64,000 bases of DNA, from positions 2,728,001-2,792,000 of the forward strand of contig OZ059898.1 of assembly GCA_964057225.1 (NCBI GenBank), read 5' to 3'. The position numbers and the translations under genes were made by a program. Every line of letters starts with the position of its first letter. Position 1 is the stretch's first letter. The notes under the pieces are model-generated. The model was not told where the DNA came from, did no database searches, and saw only the letters and a program-made list of their open reading frames with translations. This document shows, piece by piece, positions 11,701 to 27,000 of this stretch. This stretch comes from Auanema rhodensis. Lineage: Eukaryota > Animalia > Nematoda.

Positions 11701-14700
11701 CATTGTCCATCGTCTTTGCCTTGAAAAATGGAATCTAAAAACATCTACTTTTTGCTAAATTATTTTGAAATTTTTCGAAAAAATTTTTGTCAAAATGTTT
11801 TTGGAAGCAATGTTGAGTGTACATGGAAACTCAACATACACTAATGCATCATTTTTCAAACGATCATAACTAATTTTTGTATCAAGCGTTTTTCAATGTA
11901 GTATAGTGCATTCGATGCGGATTGTTAAGCTGCGTCGATCTGTGTTATCAGATTTGCGCTAGCTTAAAAATGCACCGAGATATCAACTGATATAAGTTCA
12001 CACTTATATCCTCGATTTTCACCCTGAAGAAATAATTTTTTCGTTGAATATTATTGTCCATCGTCTTTGCCTTGAAAAATGGAATCTTGAAACATCTACT
12101 TTTTGCTAAATTATTTTGAAATTTTTCGAAAAAATTTTTGTCAAAATGTTTTTGGAAGCAATGTTGAGTGTACATGGAAACTCAACATACACTAATGCAT
12201 CATTTTTCAAACGATCATAACTAATTTTTGTATCAAGTGTCTCTCAATGTAATATAGTGCATTCGATGCGGATTTTTAAGCTGCGTCGATCTGTGTTATC
12301 AGATTTGCGCTAGCTTAAAAATGCACCGAGATATCAACTGATATAAGTTCACACTTATATCCTCGATTTTCACCCTGAAGAATTAATTTTTTCGTTGAAT
12401 AACATTGTCCATCGTCTTTGCCTTGAAAAATGGAATCTTAAAACATCTAATTTTTGCTAAATTATTTTGAAATTTTTCGAAAAAATTTTTGTCAAAATGT
12501 TTTTGGAAGCAATGTTGAGTGTACATGGAAACTCAACATACACTAATGCATCATTTTTCAAACGATCATAACTAATTTTTGTATCAAGTGTTTCTCAATG
12601 TAATATAGTGCATTCGATGCGGATTTTTAAGCTGCGTCGATCTGTGTTATCAGATTTGCGCTAGCTTAAAAATGCACCGAGATATCAACTGATATAAGTT
12701 CACACTTATATCCTCGATTTTCACCCTGAAGAATTAATTTTTTCGTCGAATAACATTGTCCATCGTCTTTGCCTTGAAAAATGGAATCTAAAAACATCTA
12801 CTTTTTGCTAAATTATTTTGAAATTTTTCGAAAAAATTTTTGTCAAAATGTTTTTGGAAGCAATGTTGAGTGTACATGGAAACTCAACATACACTAATGC
12901 ATCATTTTTCTAACGATCATAACTAATTTTTGTATTAAGTTTTTCTCAATGTAGTATAGTGCATTCGATGCGGATTTTTAAGCTGCGTCGATCTGTGTTA
13001 TCAGATTTGCGCTAGCTTAAAAATGCACCGAGATATCAACTGATATAAGTTCACACTTATATCCTCGATTTTCACCCTGAAGAATTAATTTTTTCGTTGA
13101 ATAACATTGTCCATCGTCTTTGCCTTGAAAAATGGAATCTTAAAACATCTAATTTTTGCTAAATTATTTTGAAATTTTTCGAAAAAATTTTTGTCAAAAT
13201 GTTTTTGGAAGCAATGTTGAGTGTACATGGAAACTCAACATACACTAATGCATCATTTTTCAAACGATCATAACTAATTTTTGTATCAAGTGTTTCTCAA
13301 TGTAATATAGTGCATTCGATGCGGATTTTTAAGCTGCGTCGATCTGTGTTATCAGATTTGCGCTAGCTTAAAAATGCACCGAGATATCAACTGATATAAG
13401 TTCACACTTATATCCTCGATTTTCACCCTGAAGAATTAATTTTTTCGTTGAATAACATTGTCCATCGTCTTTGCCTTGAAAAATGGAATCTAAAAACATC
13501 TACTTTTTGCTAAATTATTTTGAAATTTTTCGAAAAAATTTTTGTCAAAATGTTTTTGGAAGCAATGTTGAGTGTACATGGAAACTCAACATACACTAAT
13601 GCATCATTTTTCTAACGATCATAACTAATTTTTGTATTAAGCTTTTCTCAATGTAGTATAGTGCATTCGATGCGGATTTTTAAGCTGCGTCGATCTGTGT
13701 TATCAGATTTGCGCTAGCTTAAAAATGCACCGAGATATCAACTGATATAAGTTCACACTTATATCCTCGATTTTCACCCTGAAGAATTAATTTTTTCGTT
13801 GAATAACATTGTCCATCGTCTTTGCCTTGAAAAATGGAATCTTAAAACATCTACTTTTTGCTAAATTATTTTGAAATTTTTCGAAAAAATTTTTGTCAAA
13901 ATGTTTTTGGAAGCAATGTTGAGTGTACATGGAAACTCAACATACACTAATGCATCATTTTTCAAACGATCATAACTAATTTTTGTATCAAGTGTTTCTC
14001 AATGTAATATAGTGCATTCGATGCGGATTTTTAAGCTGCGTCGATCTGTGTTATCAGATTTGCGCTAGCTTGAAAATGCACCGAGATATCAACTGATATA
14101 AGTTCACACTTATATCCTCGATTTTCACCCTGAAGAATTAATTTTTTCGTTGAATAACATTGTCCATCGTCTTTGCCTTGAAAAATGGAATCTAAAAACA
14201 TCTACTTTTTGCTAAATTATTTTGAAATTTTTCGAAAAAATTTTTGTCAAAATGTTTTTGGAAGCAATGTTGAGTGTACATGGAAACTCAACATACACTA
14301 ATGCATCATTTTTCAAACGATCATAACTAATTTTTGTATCAAGCGTTTTTCAATGTAGTATAGTGCATTCGATGCGGATTTTTAAGCTGCGTCGATCTGT
14401 GTTATCAGATTTGCGCTAGCTTAAAAATGCACCGAGATATCAACTGATATAAGTTCACACTTATATCCTCGATTTTCACCCTGAAGAAATAATTTTTCCG
14501 TTGAATATTATTGTCCATCGTCTTTGCCTTGAAAAATGGAATCTTGAAACATCTACTTTTTGCCAAATTATTTTGAAATTTTTCGAAAAAATTTTTGTCA
14601 AAATGTTTTTGGAAGCAATGTTGAGTGTACATGGAAACTCAACATACACTAATGCATCATTTTTCAAACGATCATAACTAATTTTTGTATCAAGTGTCTC

Positions 14701-16849
14701 TCAATGTAATATAGTGCATTCGATGCGGATTTTTAAGCTGCGTCGATCTGTGTTATCAGATTTGCGCTAGCTTAAAAATGCACCGAGATATCAACTGATA
14801 TAAGTTCACACTTATATCCTCGATTTTCACCCTGAAGAATTAATTTTTTCGTTGAATAACATTGTCCATCGTCTTTGCCTTGAAAAATGGAATCTTAAAA
14901 CATCTAATTTTTGCTAAATTATTTTGAAATTTTTCGAAAAAATTTTTGTCAAAATGTTTTTGGAAGCAATGTTGAGTGTACATGGAAACTCAACATACAC
15001 TAATGCATCATTTTTCAAACGATCATAACTAATTTTTGTATCAAGTGTTTCTCAATGTAATATAGTGCATTCGATGCGGATTTTTAAGCTGCGTCGATCT
15101 GTGTTATCAGATTTGCGCTAGCTTAAAAATGCACCGAGATATCAACTGATATAAGTTCACACTTATATCCTCGATTTTCACCCTGAAGAATTAATTTTTT
15201 CGTTGAATAACATTGTCCATCGTCTTTGCCTTGAAAAATGGAATCTAAAAACATCTACTTTTTGCTAAATTATTTTGAAATTTTTCGAAAAAATTTTTGT
15301 CAAAATGTTTTTGGAAGCAATGTTGAGTGTACATGGAAACTCAACATACACTAATGCATCATTTTTCTAACGATCATAACTAATTTTTGTATTAAGCTTT
15401 TCTCAATGTAGTATAGTGCATTCGATGCGGATTTTTAAGCTGCGTCGATCTGTGTTATCAGATTTGCGCTAGCTTAAAAATGCACCGAGATATCAACTGA
15501 TATAAGTTCACACTTATATCCTCGATTTTCACCCTGAAGAATTAATTTTTTCGTTGAATAACATTGTCCATCGTCTTTGCCTTGAAAAATGGAATCTTAA
15601 AACATCTAATTTTTGCTAAATTATTTTGAAATTTTTCGAAAAAATTTTTGTCAAAATGTTTTTGGAAGCAATGTTGAGTGTACATGGAAACTCAACATAC
15701 ACTAATGCATCATTTTTCAAACGATCATAACTAATTTTTGTATCAAGTGTTTCTCAATGTAATATAGTGCATTCGATGCGGATTTTTAAGCTGCGTCGAT
15801 CTGTGTTATCAGATTTGCGCTAGCTTAAAAATGCACCGAGATATCAACTGATATAAGTTCACACTTATATCCTCGATTTTCACCCTGAAGAATTAATTTT
15901 TTCGTTGAATAACATTGTCCATCGTCTTTGCCTTGAAAAATGGAATCTAAAAACATCTACTTTTTGCTAAATTATTTTGAAATTTTTCGAAAAAATTTTT
16001 GTCAAAATGTTTTTGGAAGCAATGTTGAGTGTACATGGAAACTCAACATACACTAATGCATCATTTTTCTAACGATCATAACTAATTTTTGTATTAAGCT
16101 TTTCTCAATGTAGTATAGTGCATTCGATGCGGATTTTTAAGCTGCGTCGATCTGTGTTATCAGATTTGCGCTAGCTTAAAAATGCACCGAGATATCAACT
16201 GATATAAGTTCACACTTATATCCTCGATTTTCACCCTGAAGAATTAATTTTTTCGTTGAATAACATTGTCCATCGTCTTTGCCTTGAAAAATGGAATCTT
16301 AAAACATCTAATTTTTGCTAAATTATTTTGAAATTTTTCGAAAAAATTTTTGTCAAAATGTTTTTGGAAGCAATGTTGAGTGTACATGGAAACTCAACAT
16401 ACACTAATGCATCATTTTTCAAACGATCATAACTAATTTTTGTATCAAGTGTTTCTCAATGTAATATAGTGCATTCGATGCGGATTTTTAAGCTGCGTCG
16501 ATCTGTGTTATCAGATTTGCGCTAGCTTAAAAATGCACCGAGATATCAACTGATATAAGTTCACACTTATATCCTCGATTTTCACCCTGAAGAATTAATT
16601 TTTTCGTTGAATAACATTGTCCATCGTCTTTGCCTTGAAAAATGGAATCTAAAAACATCTACTTTTTGCTAAATTATTTTGAAATTTTTCGAAAAAATTT
16701 TTGTCAAAATGTTTTTGGAAGCAATGTTGAGTGTACATGGAAACTCAACATACACTAATGCATCATTTTTCAAACGATCATAACTAATTTTTGTATCAAG
16801 TGTTTCTCAATGTAATATAGTGCATTCGATGCGGATTTTTAAGCTGCGT
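8777..16849 (+). repeat. Satellite sub-domain 2 (monomers 26-48): dimer/trimer higher-order repeats
   Basis: CTTAAAAC/CTAAT monomers alternate with TCTAAC monomers (702-bp period). There is also a 1053-bp trimer duplication, with shared GTTAAAT at 10291 and 11344. Confidence 0.75.
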
Positions 16850-19800
16850 CGATCTGTGTTATCAGATTTGCGCTAGCTTAAAAATGCACCGAGATATCAA
16901 CTGATATAAGTTCACACTTATATCCTCGATTTTCACCCTGAAGAATTAACTTTTTCGTTGAATAACATTGTCTATCGTCTTTGCCTTGAAAAATGGAATC
17001 TAAAAACATCTACTTTTTGGTAAATTATTTTGAAATTTTTCGAAAAAATTTTTGTCAAAATGTTTTTGGAAGCAATGTTGAGTGTACATGGAAACTCAAC
17101 ATACACTAATGCATCATTTTTCAAACGATCATAACTAATTTTTGTATCAAGCGTTTTTCAATGTAGTATAGTGCATTCGATGCGGATTTTTAAGCTGCGT
17201 CGATCTGTGTTATCAGATTTGCGCTAGCTTAAAAATGCACCGAGATATCAACTGATATAAGTTCACACTTATATCCTCGATTTTCACCCTGAAGAATTAA
17301 TTTTTTCGTTGAATAACATTGTCCATCGTCTTTGCCTTGAAAAATGGAATCTTAAAACATCTACTTTTTGCTAAATTATTTTGAAATTTTTCGAAAAAAT
17401 TTTTGTCAAAATGTTTTTGGAAGCAATGTTGAGTGTACATGGAAACTCAACATACACTAATGCATCATTTTTCAAACGATCATAACTAATTTTTGTATCA
17501 AGTGTTTCTCAATGTAATATAGTGCATTCGATGCGGATTTTTAAGCTGCGTCGATCTGTGTTATCAGATTTGCGCTAGCTTAAAAATGCACCGAGATATC
17601 AACTGATATAAGTTCACACTTATATCCTCGATTTTCACCCTGAAGAATTAATTTTTTCGTTGAATAACATTGTCCATCGTCTTTGCCATGAAAAATGGAA
17701 TCTAAAAACATCTACTTTTTGCTAAATTATTTTGAAATTTTTCGAAACAATTTTTGTCAAAATGTTTTTGGAAGCAATGTTGAGTGTACATGGAAACTCA
17801 ACATACACTAATGCATCATTTTTCAAACGATCATAACTAATTTTTGTATTAAGCTTTTCTCAATGTAGTATAGTGCATTCGATGCGGATTTTTAAGCTGC
17901 GTCGATCTGTGTTATCAGATTTGCGCTAGCTTAAAAATGCACCGAGATATCAACTGATATAAGTTCACACTTATATCCTCGATTTTCACCCTGAAGAATT
18001 AACTTTTTCGTTGAATAACATTGTCTATCGTCTTTGCCTTGAAAAATGGAATCTAAAAACATCTACTTTTTGCTAAATTATTCTGAAATTTTTCGAAAAA
18101 ATTTTTGTCAAAATGTTTTTGGAAGCAATGTTGAGTGTACATGGGAACTCAACATACACTAATGCATCATTTTTCAAACAATCATAACTAATTTTTGTAT
18201 TAAGCTTTTCTCAATGTAGTATAGTGCATTCGATGCGGATTTTTAAGCTGCGTCGATCTGTGTTATCAGATTTGCGCTAGCTTAAAATGCACCGAGATAT
18301 CAACTGATATAAGTTCACACTTATATCCTCGATTTTCACCCTGAAGAATTAACTTTTTCGTTGAATAACATTGTCTATCGTCTTTGCCTTGAAAAATGGA
18401 ATCTAAAAACATCTACTTTTTGGTAAATTATTTTGAAATTTTTCGAAAAAATTTTTGTCAAAATGTTTTTGGAAGCAATGTTGAGTGTACATGGAAACTC
18501 AACATACACTAATGCATCATTTTTCAAACGATCATAACTAATTTTTGTATTAAGCTTTTCTCAATGTAGTATAGTGCATTCGATGCGGATTTTTAAGCTG
18601 CGTCGATCTGTGTTATCAGATTTGCGCTAGCTTAAAAATGCACCGAGATATCAACTGATATAAGTTCACACTTATATCCTCGATTTTCACCCTGAAGAAT
18701 TAACTTTTTCGTTGAATAACATTGTCTATCGTCTTTGCCTTGAAAAATGGAATCTAAAAACATCTACTTTTTGCTAAATTATTCTGAAATTTTTCGAAAA
18801 AATTTTTGTCAAAATGTTTTTGGAAGCAATGTTGAGTGTACATGGGAACTCAACATACACTAATGCATCATTTTTCAAACAATCATAACTAATTTTTGTA
18901 TTAAGCTTTTCTCAATGTAGTATAGTGCATTCGATGCGGATTTTTAAGCTGCGTCGATCTGTGTTATCAGATTTGCGCTAGCTTAAAAATGCACCGAGAT
19001 ATCAACTGATATAAGTTCACACTTATATCCTCGATTTTCACCCTGAAGAATTAACTTTTTCGTTGAATAACATTGTCTATCGTCTTTGCCTTGAAAAATG
19101 GAATCTAAAAACATCTACTTTTTGGTAAATTATTTTGAAATTTTTCGAAAAAATTTTTGTCAAAATGTTTTTGGAAGCAATGTTGAGTGTACATGGAAAC
19201 TCAACATACACTAATGCATCATTTTTCAAACGATCATAACTAATTTTTGTATTAAGCGTTTTTCAATGTACTATAGTGCATTCGATGCGGATTTTTAAGC
19301 TGCGTCGATCTGTGTTATCAGATTTGCGCTAGCTTAAAAATGCACCGAGATATCAACTGATATAAGTTCACACTTATATCCTCGATTTTCACCCTGAAGA
19401 AATAATTTTTTCGTTGAATATTATTGTCCATCGTCTTTGCCTTGAAAAATGGAATCTTGAAACATCTACTTTTTGCTAAATTATTTTGAAATTTTTCGAA
19501 AAAATTTTTGTCAAAATGTTTTTGGAAGCAATGTTGAGTGTACATGGAAACTCAACATACACTAATGCATCATTTTTCAAACGATCATAACTAATTTTTG
19601 TATTAAGCGTTTTTCAATGTACTATAGTGCATTCGATGCGGATTTTTAAGCTGCGTCGATCTGTGTTATCAGATTTGCGCTAGCTTAAAAATGCACCGAG
19701 ATATCAACTGATATAAGTTCACACTTATATCCTCGATTTTCACCCTGAAGAAATAATTTTTTCGTTGAATATTATTGTCCATCGTCTTTGCCTTGAAAAA

Positions 19801-21060
19801 TGGAATCTTGAAACATCTACTTTTTGCTAAATTATTTTGAAATTTTTCGAAAAAAGTTTTGTCAAAATGTTTTTGGAAGCAATGTTGAGTGTACATGGAA
19901 ACTCAACATACACTAATGCATCATTTTTCAAACGATCATAACTAATTTTTGTATCAAGTGTTTCTCAATGTAATATAGTGCATTCGATGCGGATTTTTAA
20001 GCTGCGTCGATCTGTGTTATCAGATTTGCGCTAGCTTAAAAATGCACCGAGATATCAACTGATATAAGTTCACACTTATATCCTCGATTTTCACCCTGAA
20101 GAATTAATTTTTTCGTTGAATAACATTGTCCATCGTCTTTGCCTTGAAAAATGAAATCTTAAAACATCTAATTTTTGCTAAATTATTTTGAAATTTTTCG
20201 AAAAAATTTTTGTCAAAATGTTTTTGGAAGCAATGTTGAGTGTACATGGAAACTCAACATACACTAATGCATCATTTTTCAAACGATCATAACTAATTTT
20301 TGTATCAAGTGTTTCTCAATGTAATATAGTGCATTCGATGCGGATTTTTAAGCTGCGTCGATCTGTGTTATCAGATTTGCGCTAGCTTAAAAATGCACCG
20401 AGATATCAACTGATATAAGTTCACACTTATATCCTCGATTTTCACCCTGAAGAATTAATTTTTTCGTTGAATAACATTGTCCATCGTCTTTGCCTTGAAA
20501 AATGGAATCTAAAAACATCTACTTTTTGCTAAATTATTTTGAAATTTTTCGAAAAAATTTTTGTCAAAATGTTTTTGGAAGCAATGTTGAGTGTACATGG
20601 AAACTCAACATACACTAATGCATCATTTTTCAAACGATCATAACTAATTTTTGTATCAAGTGTTTCTCAATGTAATATAGTGCATTCGATGCGGATTTTT
20701 AAGCTGCGTCGATCTGTGTTATCAGATTTGCGCTAGCTTAAAAATGCACCGAGATATCAACTGATATAAGTTCACACTTATATCCTCGATTTTCACCCTG
20801 AAGAAATAATTTTTTCGTTGAATAACATTGTCCATCGTCTTTGCCTTGAAAAATGGAATCTAAAAACATCTACTTTTTGCTAAATTATTTTGAAATTTTT
20901 CGAAAAAATTTTTGTCAAAATGTTTTTGGAAGCAATGTTGAGTGTACATGGAAACTCAACATACACTAATGCATCATTTTTCAAACGATCATAACTAATT
21001 TTTGTATCAAGCGTTTTTCAATGTAGTATAGTGCATTCGATGCGGATTTTTAAGCTGCGT

Positions 21061-24000
21061 CGATCTGTGTTATCAGATTTGCGCTAGCTTAAAAATGCAC
21101 CGAGATATCAACTGATATAAGTTCACACTTATATCCTCGATTTTCACCCTGAAGAAATAATTTTTTCGTTGAATATTAATGTCCATCGTCTTTGCCTTGA
21201 AAAATGGAATCTTGAAACATCTACTTTTTGCTAAATTATTTTGAAATTTTTCGAAAAAATTTTTGTCAAAATGTTTTTGGAAGCAATGTTGAGTGTACAT
21301 GGAAACTCAACATACACTAATGCATCATTTTTCAAACGATCATAACTAATTTTTGTATCAAGCGTTTCTCAATGTAATATAGTGCATTCGATGCGGATTT
21401 TTAAGCTGCGTCGATCTGTGTTATCAGATTTGCGCTAGCTTAAAAATGCACCGAGATATCAACTGATATAAGTTCACACTTATATCCTCGATTTTCACCC
21501 TGAAGAATTAATTTTTTCGTTGAATAACATTGTCCATCGTCTTTGCCTTGAAAAATGGAATCTAAAAACATCTACTTTTTGCTAAATTATTTTGAAATTT
21601 TTCGAAACAATTTTTGTCAAAATGTTTTTGGAAGCAATGTTGAGTGTACATGGAAACTCAACATACACTAATGCATCATTTTTCAAACGGTCATAACTAA
21701 TTTTTGTATCAAGCGTTTCTTAATGTAGTATAGTGCATTCGATCCGGATTTTTAAGCTGCGTCGATCTGTGTTATCAGATTTGCGCTAGCTTAAAAATGC
21801 ACCGAGATATCAACTGATATAAGTTCACACTTATATCCTCGATTTTCACCCTGAAGAATTAATTTTTTTGTTGAATAACATTGTCCATCGTCTTTGCCTT
21901 GAAAAATGGAATCTAAAAACATCTACTTTTTGCTAAATTATTTTGAAATTTTTCGAAAAAATTTTTGTCAAAATGTTTTTGGAAGCAATGTTGAGTGTAC
22001 ATGGAAACTCAACATACACTAATGCATCATTTTTCAAACGATCATAACTAATTTTTGTATCAAGCGTTTCTCAATGTAATATAGTGCATTCGATGCGGAT
22101 TTTTAAGCTGCGTCGATCTGTGTTATCAGATTTGCGCTAGCTTAAAAATGCACCGAGATATCAACTGATATAAGTTCACACTTATATCCTCGATTTTCAC
22201 CCTGAAGAATTAATTTTTTCGTTGAATAACATTGTCCATCGTCTTTGCCTTGAAAAATGGAATCTAAAAACATCTACTTTTTGCTAAATTATTTTGAAAT
22301 TTTTCGAAAAAATTTTTGTCAAAATGTTTTTGGAAGCAATGTTGAGTGTACATGGAAACTCAACATACACTAATGCATCATTTTTCAAACGATCATAACT
22401 AATTTTTGTATCAAGCGTTTTTCAATGTAGTATAGTGCATTCGATGCGGATTTTTAAGCTGCGTCGATCTGTGTTATCAGATTTGCGCTAGCTTAAAAAT
22501 GCACCGAGATATCAACTGATATAAGTTCACACTTATATCCTCGATTTTCACCCTGAAGAAATAATTTTTTCGTTGAATATTAATGTCCATCGTCTTTGCC
22601 TTGAAAAATGGAATCTTGAAACATCTACTTTTTGCTAAATTATTTTGAAATTTTTCGAAAAAATTTTTGTCAAAATGTTTTTGGAAGCAATGTTGAGTGT
22701 ACATGGAAACTCAACATACACTAATGCATCATTTTTCAAACGATCATAACTAATTTTTGTATCAAGCGTTTCTCAATGTAATATAGTGCATTCGATGCGG
22801 ATTTTTAAGCTGCGTCGATCTGTGTTATCAGATTTGCGCTAGCTTAAAAATGCACCGAGATATCAACTGATATAAGTTCACACTTATATCCTCGATTTTC
22901 ACCCTGAAGAATTAATTTTTTCGTTGAATAACATTGTCCATCGTCTTTGCCTTGAAAAATGGAATCTAAAAACATCTACTTTTTGCTAAATTATTTTGAA
23001 ATTTTTCGAAACAATTTTTGTCAAAATGTTTTTGGAAGCAATGTTGAGTGTACATGGAAACTCAACATACACTAATGCATCATTTTTCAAACGGTCATAA
23101 CTAATTTTTGTATCAAGCGTTTCTTAATGTAGTATAGTGCATTCGATCCGGATTTTTAAGCTGCGTCGATCTGTGTTATCAGATTTGCGCTAGCTTAAAA
23201 ATGCACCGAGATATCAACTGATATAAGTTCACACTTATATCCTCGATTTTCACCCTGAAGAATTAATTTTTTTGTTGAATAACATTGTCCATCGTCTTTG
23301 CCTTGAAAAATGGAATCTAAAAACATCTACTTTTTGCTAAATTATTTTGAAATTTTTCGAAAAAATTTTTGTCAAAATGTTTTTGGAAGCAATGTTGAGT
23401 GTACATGGAAACTCAACATACACTAATGCATCATTTTTCAAACGATCATAACTAATTTTTGTATTAAGCTTTTCTCAATGTAGTATAGTGCATTCGATGC
23501 GGATTTTTAAGCTGCGTCGATCTGTGTTATCAGATTTGCGCTAGCTTAAAAATGCACCGAGATATCAACTGATATAAGTTCACACTTATATCCTCGATTT
23601 TCACCCTGAAGAATTAACTTTTTCGTTGAATAACATTGTCTATCGTCTTTGCCTTGAAAAATGGAATCTAAAAACATCTACTTTTTGGTAAATTATTTTG
23701 AAATTTTTCGAAAAAATTTTTGTCAAAATGTTTTTGGAAGCAATGTTGAGTGTACATGGAAACTCAACATACACTAATGCATCATTTTTCAAACGATCAT
23801 AACTAATTTTTGTATTAAGCGTTTTTTAATGTAGTATAGTGCATTCGATGCGGATTTTTAAGCTGCGTCGATCTGTGTTATCAGATTTGCGCTAGCTTAA
23901 AAATGCACCGAGATATCAACTGATATAAGTTCACACTTATATCCTCGATTTTCACCCTGAAGAAATAATTTTTTCGTTGAATATTATTGTCCATCGTCTT

Positions 24001-27000
24001 TGCCTTGAAAAATGGAATCTTGAAACATCTACTTTTTGCTAAATTATTTTGAAATTTTTCGAAAAAATTTTTGTCAAAATGTTTTTGGAAGCAATGTTGA
24101 GTGTACATGGAAACTCAACATACACTAATGCATCATTTTTCAAACGATCATAACTAATTTTTGTATCAAGTGTTTCTCAATGTAATATAGTGCATTCGAT
24201 GCGGAGTTTTAAGCTGCGTCGATCTGTGTTATCAGATTTGCGCTAGCTTAAAAATGCACCGAGATATCAACTGATATAAGTTCACACTTATATCCTCGAT
24301 TTTCACCCTGAAGAATTAACTTTTTCGTTGAATAACATTGTCTATCGTCTTTGCCTTGAAAAATGGAATCTAAAAACATCTACTTTTTGGTAAATTATTT
24401 TGAAATTTTTCGAAAAAATTTTTGTCAAAATGTTTTTGGAAGCAATGTTGAGTGTACATGGAAACTCAACATACACTAATGCATCATTTTTCAAACGATC
24501 ATAACTAATTTTTGTATTAAGCGTTTTTCAATGTAGTATAGTGCATTCGATGCGGATTTTTAAGCTGCGTCGATCTGTGTTATCAGATTTGCGCTAGCTT
24601 AAAAATGCACCGAGATATCAACTGATATAAGTTCACACTTATATCCTCGATTTTCACCCTGAAGAAATAATTTTTTCGTTGAATATTATTGTCCATCGTC
24701 TTTGCCTTGAAAAATGGAATCTTGAAACATCTATTTTTTGCTAAATTATTTTGAAATTTTTCGAAAAAATTTTTGTCAAAATGTTTTTGGAAGCAATGTT
24801 GAGTGTACATGGAAACTCAACATACACTAATGCATCATTTTTCAAACGATCATAACTAATTTTTGTATCAAGTGTTTCTCAATGTAATATAGTGCATTCG
24901 ATGCGGATTTTTAAGCTGCGTCGATCTGTGTTATCAGATTTGCGCTAGCTTAAAAATGCACCGAGATATCAACTGATATAAGTTCACACTTATATCCTCG
25001 ATTTTCACCCTGAAGAATTAATTTTTTCGTTGAATAACATTGTCCATCGTCTTTGCCTTGAAAAATGGAATCTAAAAACATCTACTTTTTGCTAAATTAT
25101 TTTGAAATTTTTCGAAACAATTTTTGTCAAAATGTTTTTGGAAGCAATGTTGAGTGTACATGGAAACTCAACATACACTAATGCATCATTTTTCAAACGG
25201 TCATAACTAATTTTTGTATCAAGCGTTTCTTAATGTAGTATAGTGCATTCGATCCGGATTTTTAAGCTGCGTCGATCTGTGTTATCAGATTTGCGCTAGC
25301 TTAAAAATGCACCGAGATATCAACTGATATAAGTTCACACTTATATCCTCGATTTTCACCCTGAAGAATTAATTTTTTTGTTGAATAACATTGTCCATCG
25401 TCTTTGCCTTGAAAAATGGAATCTAAAAACATCTACTTTTTGCTAAATTATTTTGAAATTTTTCGAAAAAATTTTTGTCAAAATGTTTTTGGAAGCAATG
25501 TTGAGTGTACATGGAAACTCAACATACACTAATGCATCATTTTTCAAACGGTCATAACTAATTTTTGTATCAAGCGTTTCTTAATGTAGTATAGTGCATT
25601 CGATCCGGATTTTTAAGCTGCGTCGATCTGTGTTATCAGATTTGCGCTAGCTTAAAAATGCACCGAGATATCAACTGATATAAGTTCACACTTATATCCT
25701 CGATTTTCACCCTGAAGAATTAATTTTTTTGTTGAATAACATTGTCCATCGTCTTTGCCTTAAAAAATGGAATCTAAAAACATCTACTTTTTGCTAAATT
25801 ATTTTGAAATTTTTCGAAAAAATTTTTGTCAAAATGTTTTTGGAAGCAATGTTGAGTGTACATGGAAACTCAACATACACTAATGCATCATTTTTCAAAC
25901 GATCATAACTAATTTTTGTATCAAGTGTTTCTCAATGTAATATAGTGCATTCGATGCGGATTTTTAAGCTGCGTCGATCTGTGTTATCAGATTTGCGCTA
26001 GCTTAAAAATGCACCGAGATATCAACTGATATAAGTTCACACTTATATCCTCGATTTTCACCCTGAAGAATTAATTTTTTCGTTGAATAACATTGTCCAT
26101 CGTCTTTGCCTTGAAAAATGGAATCTAAAAACATCTACTTTTTGCTAAATTATTTTGAAATTTTTCGAAACAATTTTTGTCAAAATGTTTTTGGAAGCAA
26201 TGTTGAGTGTACATGGAAACTCAACATACACTAATGCATCATTTTTCAAACGGTCATAACTAATTTTTGTATCAAGCGTTTCTTAATGTAGTATAGTGCA
26301 TTCGATCCGGATTTTTAAGCTGCGTCGATCTGTGTTATCAGATTTGCGCTAGCTTAAAAATGCACCGAGATATCAACTGATATAAGTTCACACTTATATC
26401 CTCGATTTTCACCCTGAAGAATTAATTTTTTTGTTGAATAACATTGTCCATCGTCTTTGCCTTGAAAAATGGAATCTAAAAACATCTACTTTTTGCTAAA
26501 TTATTTTGAAATTTTTCGAAAAAATTTTTGTCAAAATGTTTTTGGAAGCAATGTTGAGTGTACATGGAAACTCAACATACACTAATGCATCATTTTTCAA
26601 ACGGTCATAACTAATTTTTGTATCAAGCGTTTCTTAATGTAGTATAGTGCATTCGATCCGGATTTTTAAGCTGCGTCGATCTGTGTTATCAGATTTGCGC
26701 TAGCTTAAAAATGCACCGAGATATCAACTGATATAAGTTCACACTTATATCCTCGATTTTCACCCTGAAGAATTAATTTTTTTGTTGAATAACATTGTCC
26801 ATCGTCTTTGCCTTGAAAAATGGAATCTAAAAACATCTACTTTTTGCTAAATTATTTTGAAATTTTTCGAAAAAATTTTTGTCAAAATGTTTTTGGAAGC
26901 AATGTTGAGTGTACATGGAAACTCAACATACACTAATGCATCATTTTTCAAACGATCATAACTAATTTTTGTATTAAGCTTTTCTCAATGTAGTATAGTG

